A stretch of DNA of 61,710 bases, the filler included. It is 4 parts of 4 records of this genome, joined end to end, with 100 filler letters (N's around TTAATTAATTAA, not from the genome) between each part and the next. Parts side by side here need not be neighbours in the genome. Positions count along the whole stretch, not along the records: positions 45,101 to 61,710 come from SRR22947725_6798; 3 more parts are not named here. One strand, written 5' to 3'. The translations under genes were made by a program, and so were the position numbers. Under the pieces are notes generated by a model. It did no database searches, was not told the DNA's origin, and saw only the letters and a list, made by a program, of their open reading frames with translations. Shown one piece after another: positions 49,425 through 58,891 of this stretch (position 1 is the first letter of the stretch; every line of letters begins with the position of its first letter).

Positions 49425-50157
49425 AGTGTTATTGTGCACTTCAGGCGACATAAGGCATAAATATGTTGCTTCAAAGCTTGCCATGTGTGATCTTAATTTA
49501 CTTGTTATTCATGAGCAAAATATCACGCAGGCTAGCGATATTCATTTTGAAGCCCGGACAAAAGCTGAGTTTAATTTTTTCGCGGATGAAATAACTAAAG
49601 AATATAGTTCACATCATATACCCTCGAATAGAATTAACTCAAAAAAGGTGATTAATTTAATACAAAACTTTAAGCCTGATACTTTTGTTACTTATGGGTG
49701 TGGAATAATTAATCAAACGACTATTTTAGGTTTAGAATGTAGAAAGATTAATATTCACCTTGGATTAAGCCCGTATTACCGTGGGACGGGAACAAACTTT
49801 TGGCCGATCTTCAACAATGAAATTAGATATTGTGGCGCAACGTTTCATGAATTGACATCTAGAATAGATGGAGGCTCGATTTTTCATCAGTTTAGTGTCG
49901 ACCGGCAACGATACGATAGTGTTCATCATATTGGGAACAGTATTATAAAGAGAATACCTGAAGAACTCCTGAAAGTTTTAACGAAGCAGAGCGAACCAAT
50001 TGACCAAATTGATAGTTTTTTTCCTAATACTCCTCGTTTTTATTACAAAAAAAGTGACTATTCTATCGAAAAGGCAGAGCTAGTAAATTTAAAATTTGAA
50101 GAGTTTATTGAAAATTTTTTAAATGAGTCAAGTCGAGTGAAAATAAAGACCATATAA
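49411..50157 (+). CDS. N10-formyl-THF-dependent formyltransferase-domain protein
   Basis: INIHLGLSPYYRG, GATFH and IDGG (N-x-H ... D catalytic set). Confidence 0.85.
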   Translation: MPAHKVLLCTSGDIRHKYVASKLAMCDLNLLVIHEQNITQASDIHFEARTKAEFNFFADEITKEYSSHHIPSNRINSKKVINLIQNFKPDTFVTYGCGIINQTTILGLECRKINIHLGLSPYYRGTGTNFWPIFNNEIRYCGATFHELTSRIDGGSIFHQFSVDRQRYDSVHHIGNSIIKRIPEELLKVLTKQSEPIDQIDSFFPNTPRFYYKKSDYSIEKAELVNLKFEEFIENFLNESSRVKIKTI

Positions 50158-51038
50158 TGATTACAATGCATCATCACATAGAGAGTACCAACGGATTGAT
50201 ATGCCAGCTTTTTCATTATCAAAGTGCTAGAAGTTTTAAATGTCAAATGGCAGCGTTACAAAAAAAATATGTAAGTACCCAAGAAGCATCAAGTTTAAAG
50301 ATAACGCTAGATGATGGTTTGAAGTCTCAGTTAACTGGAGCCAGTATATTAGATGAACTTAAGTTGAAGGGATATTTTTACTATAACTCATCTACTTTAA
50401 CCTCTGGGAAGGTTTTGAATGTACATCTAGTACACATCTTGCTTAAAAAATTAAATATTGAAAAAAAGAAAATGTTATATGCTGACTTAATCGATAGTGT
50501 TGATTTCTCAATTAATTTGCAGGATGCTAAGCACATTTATCGAAGGCAGCGAGGATTCTCGGTAGATCAAAAAATTAAATTTTTGGTAAATTATGTATTG
50601 GTCAACTCGGAAATCGATAATATTTTAGAATACTACTATCGAGGTTCAAGTGATGTATCTTTGAATGTGCTGAACGAAAACATATATATGAACCGTGATG
50701 AGTTGAGGGATTTGCAAATTAAGGGACATCATATTTTTCCACATGGCCACACGCATAAGATATTAGGTAAAATGTCTGATAAAGAATTGGAAATTGAATT
50801 TTCTGATATGTCTGATGCACATGAAACTATGTTTAAAACTCAGTTTGAAGAATTTTGTGTACCATATGGCTCTGTATACTCATGGAACCAAAAATGTGAT
50901 AAAATTGCAAAATCTTATGGCATTCGAAAAATAATCTTGCTTGATAATGCAAAAGATATATTACCAAACCCAGACCAAGAATTGCATTATTTTTCTAGAG
51001 AGGATTGTTGTTTGCTTGATGATTATGAGTATGTGTGA
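50157..51038 (+). CDS. Polysaccharide deacetylase (CE4/NodB-like)
   Basis: ITLDDG, HGHTH and PYG motifs. Confidence 0.8.
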   Translation: MITMHHHIESTNGLICQLFHYQSARSFKCQMAALQKKYVSTQEASSLKITLDDGLKSQLTGASILDELKLKGYFYYNSSTLTSGKVLNVHLVHILLKKLNIEKKKMLYADLIDSVDFSINLQDAKHIYRRQRGFSVDQKIKFLVNYVLVNSEIDNILEYYYRGSSDVSLNVLNENIYMNRDELRDLQIKGHHIFPHGHTHKILGKMSDKELEIEFSDMSDAHETMFKTQFEEFCVPYGSVYSWNQKCDKIAKSYGIRKIILLDNAKDILPNPDQELHYFSREDCCLLDDYEYV

Positions 51039-52067
51039 ATGAAAATTGGAAATCGCAAAATATCAATATCACATTCACCATTTGTGATAGCGGAAATCGG
51101 GATCAATCATGGTGGTGATTTGCAAGTTGCCAAAAACATGGTGCGCCTTGCAGCCCTGTCTGGCTGTGAATGTGTTAAACATCAAACGCATATCGTTGAA
51201 GATGAAATGACAGACGAGGCAAAACAAATCTTCCCTCCAAACGCAGATGTGTCCATTTGGGACATAATGACGGAATGCGCACTATCACATGAGGAAGAAT
51301 TTGAATTGAAACGCTACACTGAAGAGCTGGGATTGATTTATATATCAACAGCTTTTTCGCGTGCGGCAGCTGATTTTTTAGAAACGCTGGATGTACCTGC
51401 ATATAAAATAGGATCTGGGGAAGCCGACAATTTACCTTTGGTCCGTCACATCGCAGGTAAGGGTAAGCCGGTGATTATGTCGACAGGGATGCAAACGATC
51501 GAAACACTCTGCGAAAGTGTTCAAATCCTAGAGAACGCAGGCATCGAATATGCACTATTGGAATGCACAAATCTTTATCCCTCACCTCCTGAAATTGTTA
51601 GCCTAAAGGGCGTTACAGATTTAAAAAATGCCTTTCCAAATGCTGTTATTGGATTTTCTGACCACTCAATTGGACCTGAAATGGCGCTTGCATCAGTGGC
51701 ACTTGGTGCGTCGATATTAGAACGTCATTATACAGACACACGCTATCGTAAAGGGCCAGATATCATCAATTCGATGGACCCTGCCGAGCTACGGTTCTTA
51801 ATTGATCGATCTCGAGAAATTCATACTGCATTGATGAACCCGAAAAAGCGCACTGAACCAGAAGAGGACGTGTACCGGTTTGCACGCGCTTCTGTTGTTG
51901 CAGACGCGAATTTGACCATGGGACATATAATTACAGAAGCTGACATCTGGACGCGCCGCCCTGGGACAGGTGAAATTGCTGGATTTGAATTTGATAAAGT
52001 TATCGGTAAAACATTGAACGTGTCTGTCAAACGCAATCAACAGTTGAGATGGTCATATTTTAAATGA
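51039..52067 (+). CDS. neuB: N-acetylneuraminate synthase
   Basis: AEIGINHGG, KHQTHIVEDEM, KIGSGE, GFSDHS, LERH and a C-terminal SAF domain (RRPGTG). Confidence 0.95.
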   Translation: MKIGNRKISISHSPFVIAEIGINHGGDLQVAKNMVRLAALSGCECVKHQTHIVEDEMTDEAKQIFPPNADVSIWDIMTECALSHEEEFELKRYTEELGLIYISTAFSRAAADFLETLDVPAYKIGSGEADNLPLVRHIAGKGKPVIMSTGMQTIETLCESVQILENAGIEYALLECTNLYPSPPEIVSLKGVTDLKNAFPNAVIGFSDHSIGPEMALASVALGASILERHYTDTRYRKGPDIINSMDPAELRFLIDRSREIHTALMNPKKRTEPEEDVYRFARASVVADANLTMGHIITEADIWTRRPGTGEIAGFEFDKVIGKTLNVSVKRNQQLRWSYFK

Positions 52068-52096
52068 ACCGATTTAGAAGTTGAAAGGGTAAGTTA

Positions 52097-53212
52097 GTGA
52101 GAAAAGTTTTTTTGATCACCGAACGTAGAGCAGATTATTCTAGGTTCCAGCCAATACTAAAATTAATTAGCAAAGATAAAGATTTAGATTATGACCTTGT
52201 AGTTACAGGATTGCACGTAAAGCCTGAACACGGTTTGACGATTAATGAAATAAAATCTGATAATTTCAAGATTTTTGCAACTTTTGATATGTTTTTGGAG
52301 AAGGAAGACACGGGTGCTTCGATGGTTAGAGCATATGCTGAGGCAGTCACGAAAGTGTCTAAACTTTTAGAGCAATCAAAACCTGACTTGATATTATCTG
52401 GATTTGATATAGCTGCAAACGCTGCCGTTACATTAGCTGGAGCTCACATGAATATACCGGTGGCTCACATTCAGGGCGGTGAAGTTACTGGGACAATTGA
52501 TGAGTCAATAAGGCATTCAATGAGTAAGTTTGCGCATTATCATTTAGCAGCCAATAAGGATGCATGTGATCGATTAATTAAATTGGGTGAGTTGCCAAAT
52601 CGTGTTTTTAATGTTGGTTGCCCGTCTATTGACGCAATCATAAATGTTAAAAAGGATTTTAATATTGTTAAAAAATATGGTTTATCAATACCATATTTTT
52701 TAATTCTTCAACATCCTGTAACCACTGAGATCAAAGATGCAGAACATCAAATACAATGTACAATTGATGCGGCAAATTCTGTTGGTGTAGACACTCTTGT
52801 AATCTTGCCAAACAATGATGCGGGTTATTCTTCAATAATGAACAGAATTAGTGCGTCAAATTTGAAAAGTGTTAACACGCTTAGTATTCATGATTATGTG
52901 AACCTTCTAAGGGAGGCAACGGGATTAATTGGTAATTCTAGTAGTGGAATACATGAAGCAGCAAGCTTCAATATCCCAGTCGTTAATATTGGAACGCGTC
53001 AGCAAGGCAGGCTGCGTCCAAAAAACGTTTTAGATGTTGGTTACAACAAATGTGAAATATTGGAAGCAATGCGTAAATGCCTTGAAATTAGAAGCAATAA
53101 GATCGATTACGAAAATCCCTATGGTGATGGTAATAGTGCTGAAAAAATTATTGATTTATTGAAAACAATTAGCCTTGACGAAAGTATTTTACAAAAAAGG
53201 ATAACATATTAA
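52097..53212 (+). CDS. neuC: Hydrolysing UDP-GlcNAc 2-epimerase
   Basis: RADY, HIQGGE.TGTIDESIRH, QHPVT, GNSSSG, NIGTRQ.GR and NPYGDG motifs. Confidence 0.93.
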   Translation: MRKVFLITERRADYSRFQPILKLISKDKDLDYDLVVTGLHVKPEHGLTINEIKSDNFKIFATFDMFLEKEDTGASMVRAYAEAVTKVSKLLEQSKPDLILSGFDIAANAAVTLAGAHMNIPVAHIQGGEVTGTIDESIRHSMSKFAHYHLAANKDACDRLIKLGELPNRVFNVGCPSIDAIINVKKDFNIVKKYGLSIPYFLILQHPVTTEIKDAEHQIQCTIDAANSVGVDTLVILPNNDAGYSSIMNRISASNLKSVNTLSIHDYVNLLREATGLIGNSSSGIHEAASFNIPVVNIGTRQQGRLRPKNVLDVGYNKCEILEAMRKCLEIRSNKIDYENPYGDGNSAEKIIDLLKTISLDESILQKRITY

Positions 53213-54168
53213 TGAAGAATGTTTTTATTACTGGTGGTTCTGGAACAGTTGGTTCCTCATTTATAGAAAATTTTCGTGGGAAATATAAATTCTTCAGTTA
53301 TAATCGTAATGAAAAAATGCAAGTTTCATTGAAAAGGAACTTTCCGGAAGTTGAAATAATACTTGGTGCAGTAGAAGATAAAATTGCACTCATGACTAAT
53401 ATACACAAGTGCAAACCAGATATTGTTATTCATGCTGCGGCAATGAAGCACGTCGACTCGGCAGAAAAGTCACCAATCGGAGCGGTGAAGTCGAATGTAA
53501 TAGGTAGTCTTAATTTAATTGAAGCCTGCATTGATGCTAAAGTTCCAAATACTTTAGCAATAAGTACTGACAAAGCATGCTCTCCTGACAGCACTTATGG
53601 ACAAACCAAGTATTTAATGGAGCAAATGTTCTTAGAGGCTCATACTGAAAAGTTGAAGTTTAACGTAGCTAGATTTGGGAATGTTGCTTATAGTCATGGC
53701 TCTGTAATACCATTTTGGCTCGGCCTAAAATTGCAAAATAAGCCTTTGCCGCTAACTGATATTAAAATGAATCGTTTGATCCTTTCAAAAAACGAAGCAG
53801 CAATCCTTATCGCGGAAGCCTTAGGGAGAGCGGAAAAAGATAGTGAACCATTTATTCTCACTCAATTTATGAAAACAGTGAATATGCATCGCCTTGCAGA
53901 AACTATTTCAAAAAATATTGAGGTAGTTGGTTTGCGAGAGGGTGAGAAATTAAATGAAACTTTAGTTTCGATTAGTGAATTAGATCGTACCTTCATTGAA
54001 GATAACTACATCTTGATTAGGAAGTTTCAAAACAAGGGATCAAATCGACTGAAGCAAATTATATCGTCTGAATTCGCGATACCAATGTCTGAAGAGGAAA
54101 TTTTAAATCTGGTTGACGATACAACTGAAGTAATGCAAAAAAATGCAATTGAAACAAAAAGCTACTAA
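53212..54168 (+). CDS. UDP-GlcNAc 4,6-dehydratase (PseB/FnlA-like)
   Basis: TGGSGTVG, HAAAMKHV, STDKA, YGQTK, RFGNV..S.GSVIP and GEKLNE motifs. Confidence 0.85.
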   Translation: MKNVFITGGSGTVGSSFIENFRGKYKFFSYNRNEKMQVSLKRNFPEVEIILGAVEDKIALMTNIHKCKPDIVIHAAAMKHVDSAEKSPIGAVKSNVIGSLNLIEACIDAKVPNTLAISTDKACSPDSTYGQTKYLMEQMFLEAHTEKLKFNVARFGNVAYSHGSVIPFWLGLKLQNKPLPLTDIKMNRLILSKNEAAILIAEALGRAEKDSEPFILTQFMKTVNMHRLAETISKNIEVVGLREGEKLNETLVSISELDRTFIEDNYILIRKFQNKGSNRLKQIISSEFAIPMSEEEILNLVDDTTEVMQKNAIETKSY

Positions 54169-54279
54169 AAATATGCTAGAGTTAGACAGAAATTTTGTGT
54201 ATTTAACTTTCTCACAATCTAGATTTTTGAAGTTCTTAATTTATATCATAAAAAATTTATCTCACATGAAGGGATTTGA

Positions 54280-55476
54280 TTGATGAGTAATTCCTTACTT
54301 GGCTTGCCAAAAACGATTGAATATTGTGAAAAATGCGTCATCAGTAATCAACGGCCAGCGTCTACTGTGGAAATGCTGTCGGATGGCAGGAGAAAAACTG
54401 GCATAAATATCAGTGGTGGTATTTGTGATGCATGCCGGTTCAATGAAATTAAACAAAGTGTAATCAATTGGGATGAGCGCAGTTCTCAATTTTATGATAT
54501 GCTTTCTGAATACAGGCGTAGTGATGGAACGCATGATGTGTTAGTACCCAGTAGTGGCGGTAAAGATAGTAGTTACACTGCATATCTTCTAAAGTACAAA
54601 TATGATATGAATCCGCTCTGTATAACGTGGGCCCCTAATATGTTTACTGAGGTGGGGCGACACAACTTAGAAAGCCTGACACAAGAAGCTGGATTAGATA
54701 GCATTTTATACACTCCAAATGGAAAGCTACATCGTTATTTGACAAAACTAGCTTTCACAAATCTTTGCCATCCATTTCAACCATTTATACACGGACAAAA
54801 GGTTATTGGGCCAAAACTAGCGGCAAAGTTTGGGATAAATTTGGTTGTTTATGGTGAAAATCAGGCTGAATATGGTAATCCGATGGAAAATAACGAGAAC
54901 GCATTTATGGACTTTGAGTTTTTCTCATCCGAAGAGCCAAAAAAAATGAAGTTTGGTGGAATAAGCGTGTCTGAGATATTAAAGACAACCAATTTTTCGT
55001 ATAATGATTTTGCATCTTACATACCACTGTCGAAACGTGAGATCACATCAAACTCAATCAAAATGACCTATCTAGGGTACTTTGAGAAATGGGACCCACA
55101 ATCAATATACTATTTTGTATCTGAGAATACAGGATTTAAGCCAGCATCAGAAAGATCTGAGGGAACTTACTCGCGTTATACGGAAATTGATGACAAAATA
55201 GTACCATTTCATTTTTATACAACATTTATAAAATTTGGAATTGGTCGTGCCACATATGATGCCTGTCAGGAGATTAGGAATGGACACATCGATCGCACTG
55301 AGGCGATACAATTGGTACGAAAATATGATGGTGAATTTCCTCAAAAATGGTTTCCTGAATTTCTAGAATATATTGGAGTATGTGAAGATGAATTTCATGA
55401 TATTATTAATAAGAATCGTTCTCCGCATCTTTGGGAAAAATCAGCTCAAGGTTATCATTTGAAACATCAAATTTAA
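54280..55476 (+). CDS. N-acetyl sugar amidotransferase (WbuX/PseA/WbpG family)
   Basis: CEKC..SNQRP, CDAC, PP-loop SGGKDS, YGEN, KFGIGRA and YDGEFP motifs. Confidence 0.9.
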   Translation: MMSNSLLGLPKTIEYCEKCVISNQRPASTVEMLSDGRRKTGINISGGICDACRFNEIKQSVINWDERSSQFYDMLSEYRRSDGTHDVLVPSSGGKDSSYTAYLLKYKYDMNPLCITWAPNMFTEVGRHNLESLTQEAGLDSILYTPNGKLHRYLTKLAFTNLCHPFQPFIHGQKVIGPKLAAKFGINLVVYGENQAEYGNPMENNENAFMDFEFFSSEEPKKMKFGGISVSEILKTTNFSYNDFASYIPLSKREITSNSIKMTYLGYFEKWDPQSIYYFVSENTGFKPASERSEGTYSRYTEIDDKIVPFHFYTTFIKFGIGRATYDACQEIRNGHIDRTEAIQLVRKYDGEFPQKWFPEFLEYIGVCEDEFHDIINKNRSPHLWEKSAQGYHLKHQI

Positions 55477-55477
55477 A

Positions 55478-56167
55478 ATGCGGAATATTATACGGCTTGA
55501 TATTAAGCAAGATTTTGTCGTCAAAGGACGTCAGTTTGAAGGGTATCGTAAAGTTGCCAAAATCCAAACTATTCTAGAAAAAATTAAAAACCAGCAATGC
55601 GAGATTTTCTTATATGATGTTGTTGCAACTTTATTTGGGATAAACTCTGTCATTAACCTACTACCAGATTTATTGAGTGATACATTCCTTCCAATAACTG
55701 TTGGGGGTGGAATTGATTCATTGTCAAAAGTTGATGAAGCTTTTCGTTTGGGTGCTGATCGTATAGCAATAAATAGTATTAATTTTTCAAGTACTGATAT
55801 CTTAGCGTATGTGGCAGAGAAATATGGTAGGCAGTCGGCTGTTGCGCATGTTGAAGCAAAAAAAATTGATGGTAAATGGTGTGCAATGTTTCAAAATGGA
55901 AGAGAGATTGGCAGTCATAATATTGAGAATCATGTGAAAAAATTACAATCAGTAGGAGCTGGTGAATTAATAATATCATCTGTAGATAACGACGGAATGC
56001 TTGATGGTTTCCCTTTAGAGTTAGCAGCACTTATCGATAACGTTGCGAATGTTCCAATAATAATATCTGGGGGAATCACAAAGTACAGCACACAAAATTT
56101 ATATCATGAACTTAAGAGTATAAGTGGAGTTAGTATCTCACGTGCTTTTCTGGAGGGAATATGTTAG
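55478..56167 (+). CDS. HisF-like cyclase-fold subunit of glycan amidination system (WbuZ-like)
   Basis: IIRLDIK, VVKG, PITVGGGI, GADRIAIN and GAGEL motifs; adjacent to the amidotransferase. Confidence 0.88.
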   Translation: MRNIIRLDIKQDFVVKGRQFEGYRKVAKIQTILEKIKNQQCEIFLYDVVATLFGINSVINLLPDLLSDTFLPITVGGGIDSLSKVDEAFRLGADRIAINSINFSSTDILAYVAEKYGRQSAVAHVEAKKIDGKWCAMFQNGREIGSHNIENHVKKLQSVGAGELIISSVDNDGMLDGFPLELAALIDNVANVPIIISGGITKYSTQNLYHELKSISGVSISRAFLEGIC

Positions 56168-56739
56168 CTCTTTTAGACACTGGCTTTTCAAACTTAAAGG
56201 CCTATTCAAATGTTTTAACATATCTAGAGCAAGAATATGAAGTTGTAGATAATGGTGACGGACTAAATTTGAACCATCATACATGTCTCTTGTTGCCAGG
56301 AGTTTCGAATTTTGGTTCACTGGCTTCTGAACTGAAAAAGCGCAATTTTGAAACAAAAATTAAAAGTTTTGTAGATAATGGCAAAAAAGTAATTGGAACG
56401 TGTTCGGGAATGCAAATTTTCTTTTCTTTTTCGGAAGAGAGTCAATCAACTTGTGGTCTGGGCCTAATCCAAGGTGAAGTTAAAAAATTCCCAACTGTCG
56501 ATAAGATTGATATAAATGTTGGCTGGAGAAAAACAAAATTGGGAGATTATTTCTTTGTGCATGGGTTTTACTGTGTAGAAAACATTACTTTGGACAAAGT
56601 AACGTATTCGAAATTCAATGGGAAAAGGTTCATTTCGGAGTTTCAACATAAAAACGTGTATGGATTTCAATATCACCCCGAAAAAAGTGGTATAAATGGA
56701 ATCCATCGATTAAATAATATTTTAAAAAACTCTGCATAA
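56161..56739 (+). CDS. HisH-like glutaminase of glycan amidination system (WbuY-like)
   Basis: LPGV, GTCSGMQ and QYHPEKS (Cys-His-Glu triad intact). Confidence 0.88.
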   Translation: MLALLDTGFSNLKAYSNVLTYLEQEYEVVDNGDGLNLNHHTCLLLPGVSNFGSLASELKKRNFETKIKSFVDNGKKVIGTCSGMQIFFSFSEESQSTCGLGLIQGEVKKFPTVDKIDINVGWRKTKLGDYFFVHGFYCVENITLDKVTYSKFNGKRFISEFQHKNVYGFQYHPEKSGINGIHRLNNILKNSA

Positions 56740-56890
56740 TAAGTAAAGATATAGTAATAGGGCCTTAAAGTGACAGCGCTATTTGTTTTAATAAAGAGGA
56801 GCAGCTAAGTAATATTTATAAAAAGGTGTTTGCACTCAAAAACAAAGCACACACAATTGAAACTTACCAATTAAAATTAAGGATACTGCA

Positions 56891-57541
56891 TTGGGGCTAA
56901 AAAAAATAACTATAGATACAATTATTGAAATAAACAATGATATTAGTCCAAAAGCATGCGTACTTGATGTCGGCTGTGGTGATAGAATTTATGAAGAATT
57001 TATTATTTGTAAAAAATATATTGGTATCGACGTGAAGGAATCTGGTAGAGATTTAAATAATAAAAATCCAAATATTTATTTTAATGGTCTGGATATTCCT
57101 TTTAAAGACAACTTTTTTGATTTTATTATTTGTACTGAAGTTTTAGAGCACGCCATTGATCCTGAGTATTTGTGTGCTGAAATGAGAAGAGTCCTGAAGC
57201 CAAGTGGGCTATTATTGATCACTGTCCCATCTATGTGGGGTGAACATGAGGTACCGTTTGATTTTAGAAGATACACATCTTTTGGTATAGAATTACTTGC
57301 GAAAAATTTATCACTAGAAATAGTTAAATATCAGAAAGAAAAGCCTGGTATCGATGCTTATATTCAGCTTGGATGCTCTGAAATTAATGCAAGCAAAGCT
57401 GGGATTACATCTAAGAAAATTGCCAAACTTTGGCTAAGAATAACAGCAATATTTTTAAAAGTCATTAAAACAACTATGCCACGCATCTACTTAACGAATG
57501 TTGTTATCTTAAAGAAAAATAATCAAAACTCTATAAATTAA
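56891..57541 (+). CDS. Class I SAM-dependent methyltransferase
   Basis: VLDVGCG, FDFIICTEVLEH, RVLKPSG and HEVPFDFRRYT motifs. Confidence 0.88.
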   Translation: MGLKKITIDTIIEINNDISPKACVLDVGCGDRIYEEFIICKKYIGIDVKESGRDLNNKNPNIYFNGLDIPFKDNFFDFIICTEVLEHAIDPEYLCAEMRRVLKPSGLLLITVPSMWGEHEVPFDFRRYTSFGIELLAKNLSLEIVKYQKEKPGIDAYIQLGCSEINASKAGITSKKIAKLWLRITAIFLKVIKTTMPRIYLTNVVILKKNNQNSIN

Positions 57542-57556
57542 GGAACATATGCGCCA

Positions 57557-58831
57557 ATGTTAAATCTATCTAATATAAAAATTGGTATAATTGGGCTGGG
57601 CTATGTCGGCCTACCATTAGCCGTGGAATTCAGTAAAAAATATGATGTTAAAGGCATAGATCTCGATCAAAATCGCATAAGTGAGTTGCGTGATTTTCTT
57701 GACAGAAACAATGAAATTAATGTGGAAGATTTTCAGACAGCCAAGAACTTAGATTTTGTTTCAACATTTGATGAGATGCAAGACCGAAATGTATTCATCA
57801 TAACTGTTCCTACCCCTATTGATGAGCATAATAAGCCAAACTTAACAGCGCTAAAAAATGCATCAATATCCGTAGGTAATATTATGGCTCGTGGCGCTAT
57901 TGTTGTGTATGAGTCAACTGTTTATCCCGGGGTGACTGAAAGAATTTGCTCACCACTCCTTCAAGAGGCATCAGGGTTAATATATAACGAAGAATTTTTC
58001 TGTGGATATTCACCAGAACGTATAAATCCAGGAGATGACACACATACACTCATAAACATTAAAAAAATTGTTTCAGGATCTACACATGAAGCAGCGGTTA
58101 TAATTGATGAATTATATTCATCAATTATAACCGCTGGTACATATCGCACGGATTCTATTCAAATTGCTGAAGCAGCTAAGGTTATTGAGAATACCCAAAG
58201 AGACTTAAATGTCGCATTAGTAAATGAGTTTTCGAAAATATTTAATATATTAGGGCTGGATACAACAAAAATTTTAGACGCTGCTGATACGAAATGGAAT
58301 TTTATGAAATTTGTCCCCGGATTAGTTGGTGGGCACTGTATTGGTGTCGATCCGTATTATCTTACATATTTATCGTCTAAAGTTGGTTACGAGCCAGAAG
58401 TTATTTTAGCAGGACGGAAATTAAACAATGGAATGAGTAGTTATGTCGCTGATAAAATCACAAATAGTCTCTCACAGTACCAAAGCATTGAGGATAGTAA
58501 GGTATTAGTGCTCGGGATAACTTTTAAGGAGAACTGTTCAGATGTTAGAAACTCACAGATATTTAACACCATTAATATTCTTGAAGATAGAGGCATAATA
58601 TGTGAAAGTTTCGACCCAATAGCAAATGCTGAGCAAGTAAAGGCTTTATATAACCGAAGCTTAATAAAGGAATTAAAGGATAACTATTATGACGTCATTT
58701 TGTTAGCAGTTCCACACAATGAAATATGTAAAATAGGATTAGAAAAAATACTGAGTTGTGGCACAAAAAATAGTTTATTTTTTGACTTAAAAGCCTACTT
58801 CAACGAAAATGAAAGTGATTTTCGATTATAA
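57557..58831 (+). CDS. UDP-N-acetylhexosamine 6-dehydrogenase (WbpO/TviB-like)
   Basis: GLGYVGLPLA, ESTVYPG, SPERINPGD, AEAAKVIENTQRD and GGHCIGVDPYYL motifs. Confidence 0.93.
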   Translation: MLNLSNIKIGIIGLGYVGLPLAVEFSKKYDVKGIDLDQNRISELRDFLDRNNEINVEDFQTAKNLDFVSTFDEMQDRNVFIITVPTPIDEHNKPNLTALKNASISVGNIMARGAIVVYESTVYPGVTERICSPLLQEASGLIYNEEFFCGYSPERINPGDDTHTLINIKKIVSGSTHEAAVIIDELYSSIITAGTYRTDSIQIAEAAKVIENTQRDLNVALVNEFSKIFNILGLDTTKILDAADTKWNFMKFVPGLVGGHCIGVDPYYLTYLSSKVGYEPEVILAGRKLNNGMSSYVADKITNSLSQYQSIEDSKVLVLGITFKENCSDVRNSQIFNTINILEDRGIICESFDPIANAEQVKALYNRSLIKELKDNYYDVILLAVPHNEICKIGLEKILSCGTKNSLFFDLKAYFNENESDFRL

Positions 58832-58891
58832 AATAGTCGATACACATCACAATAAAGTCAACCTTTGATGAAAGATTAGGGTGAATTCAAT

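Noticed and set aside
187..56739. Apparent duplication of hisH/hisF within the window
   Set aside because: The copies are on different contigs from apparently different organisms; the second pair belongs to a glycan amidination module.
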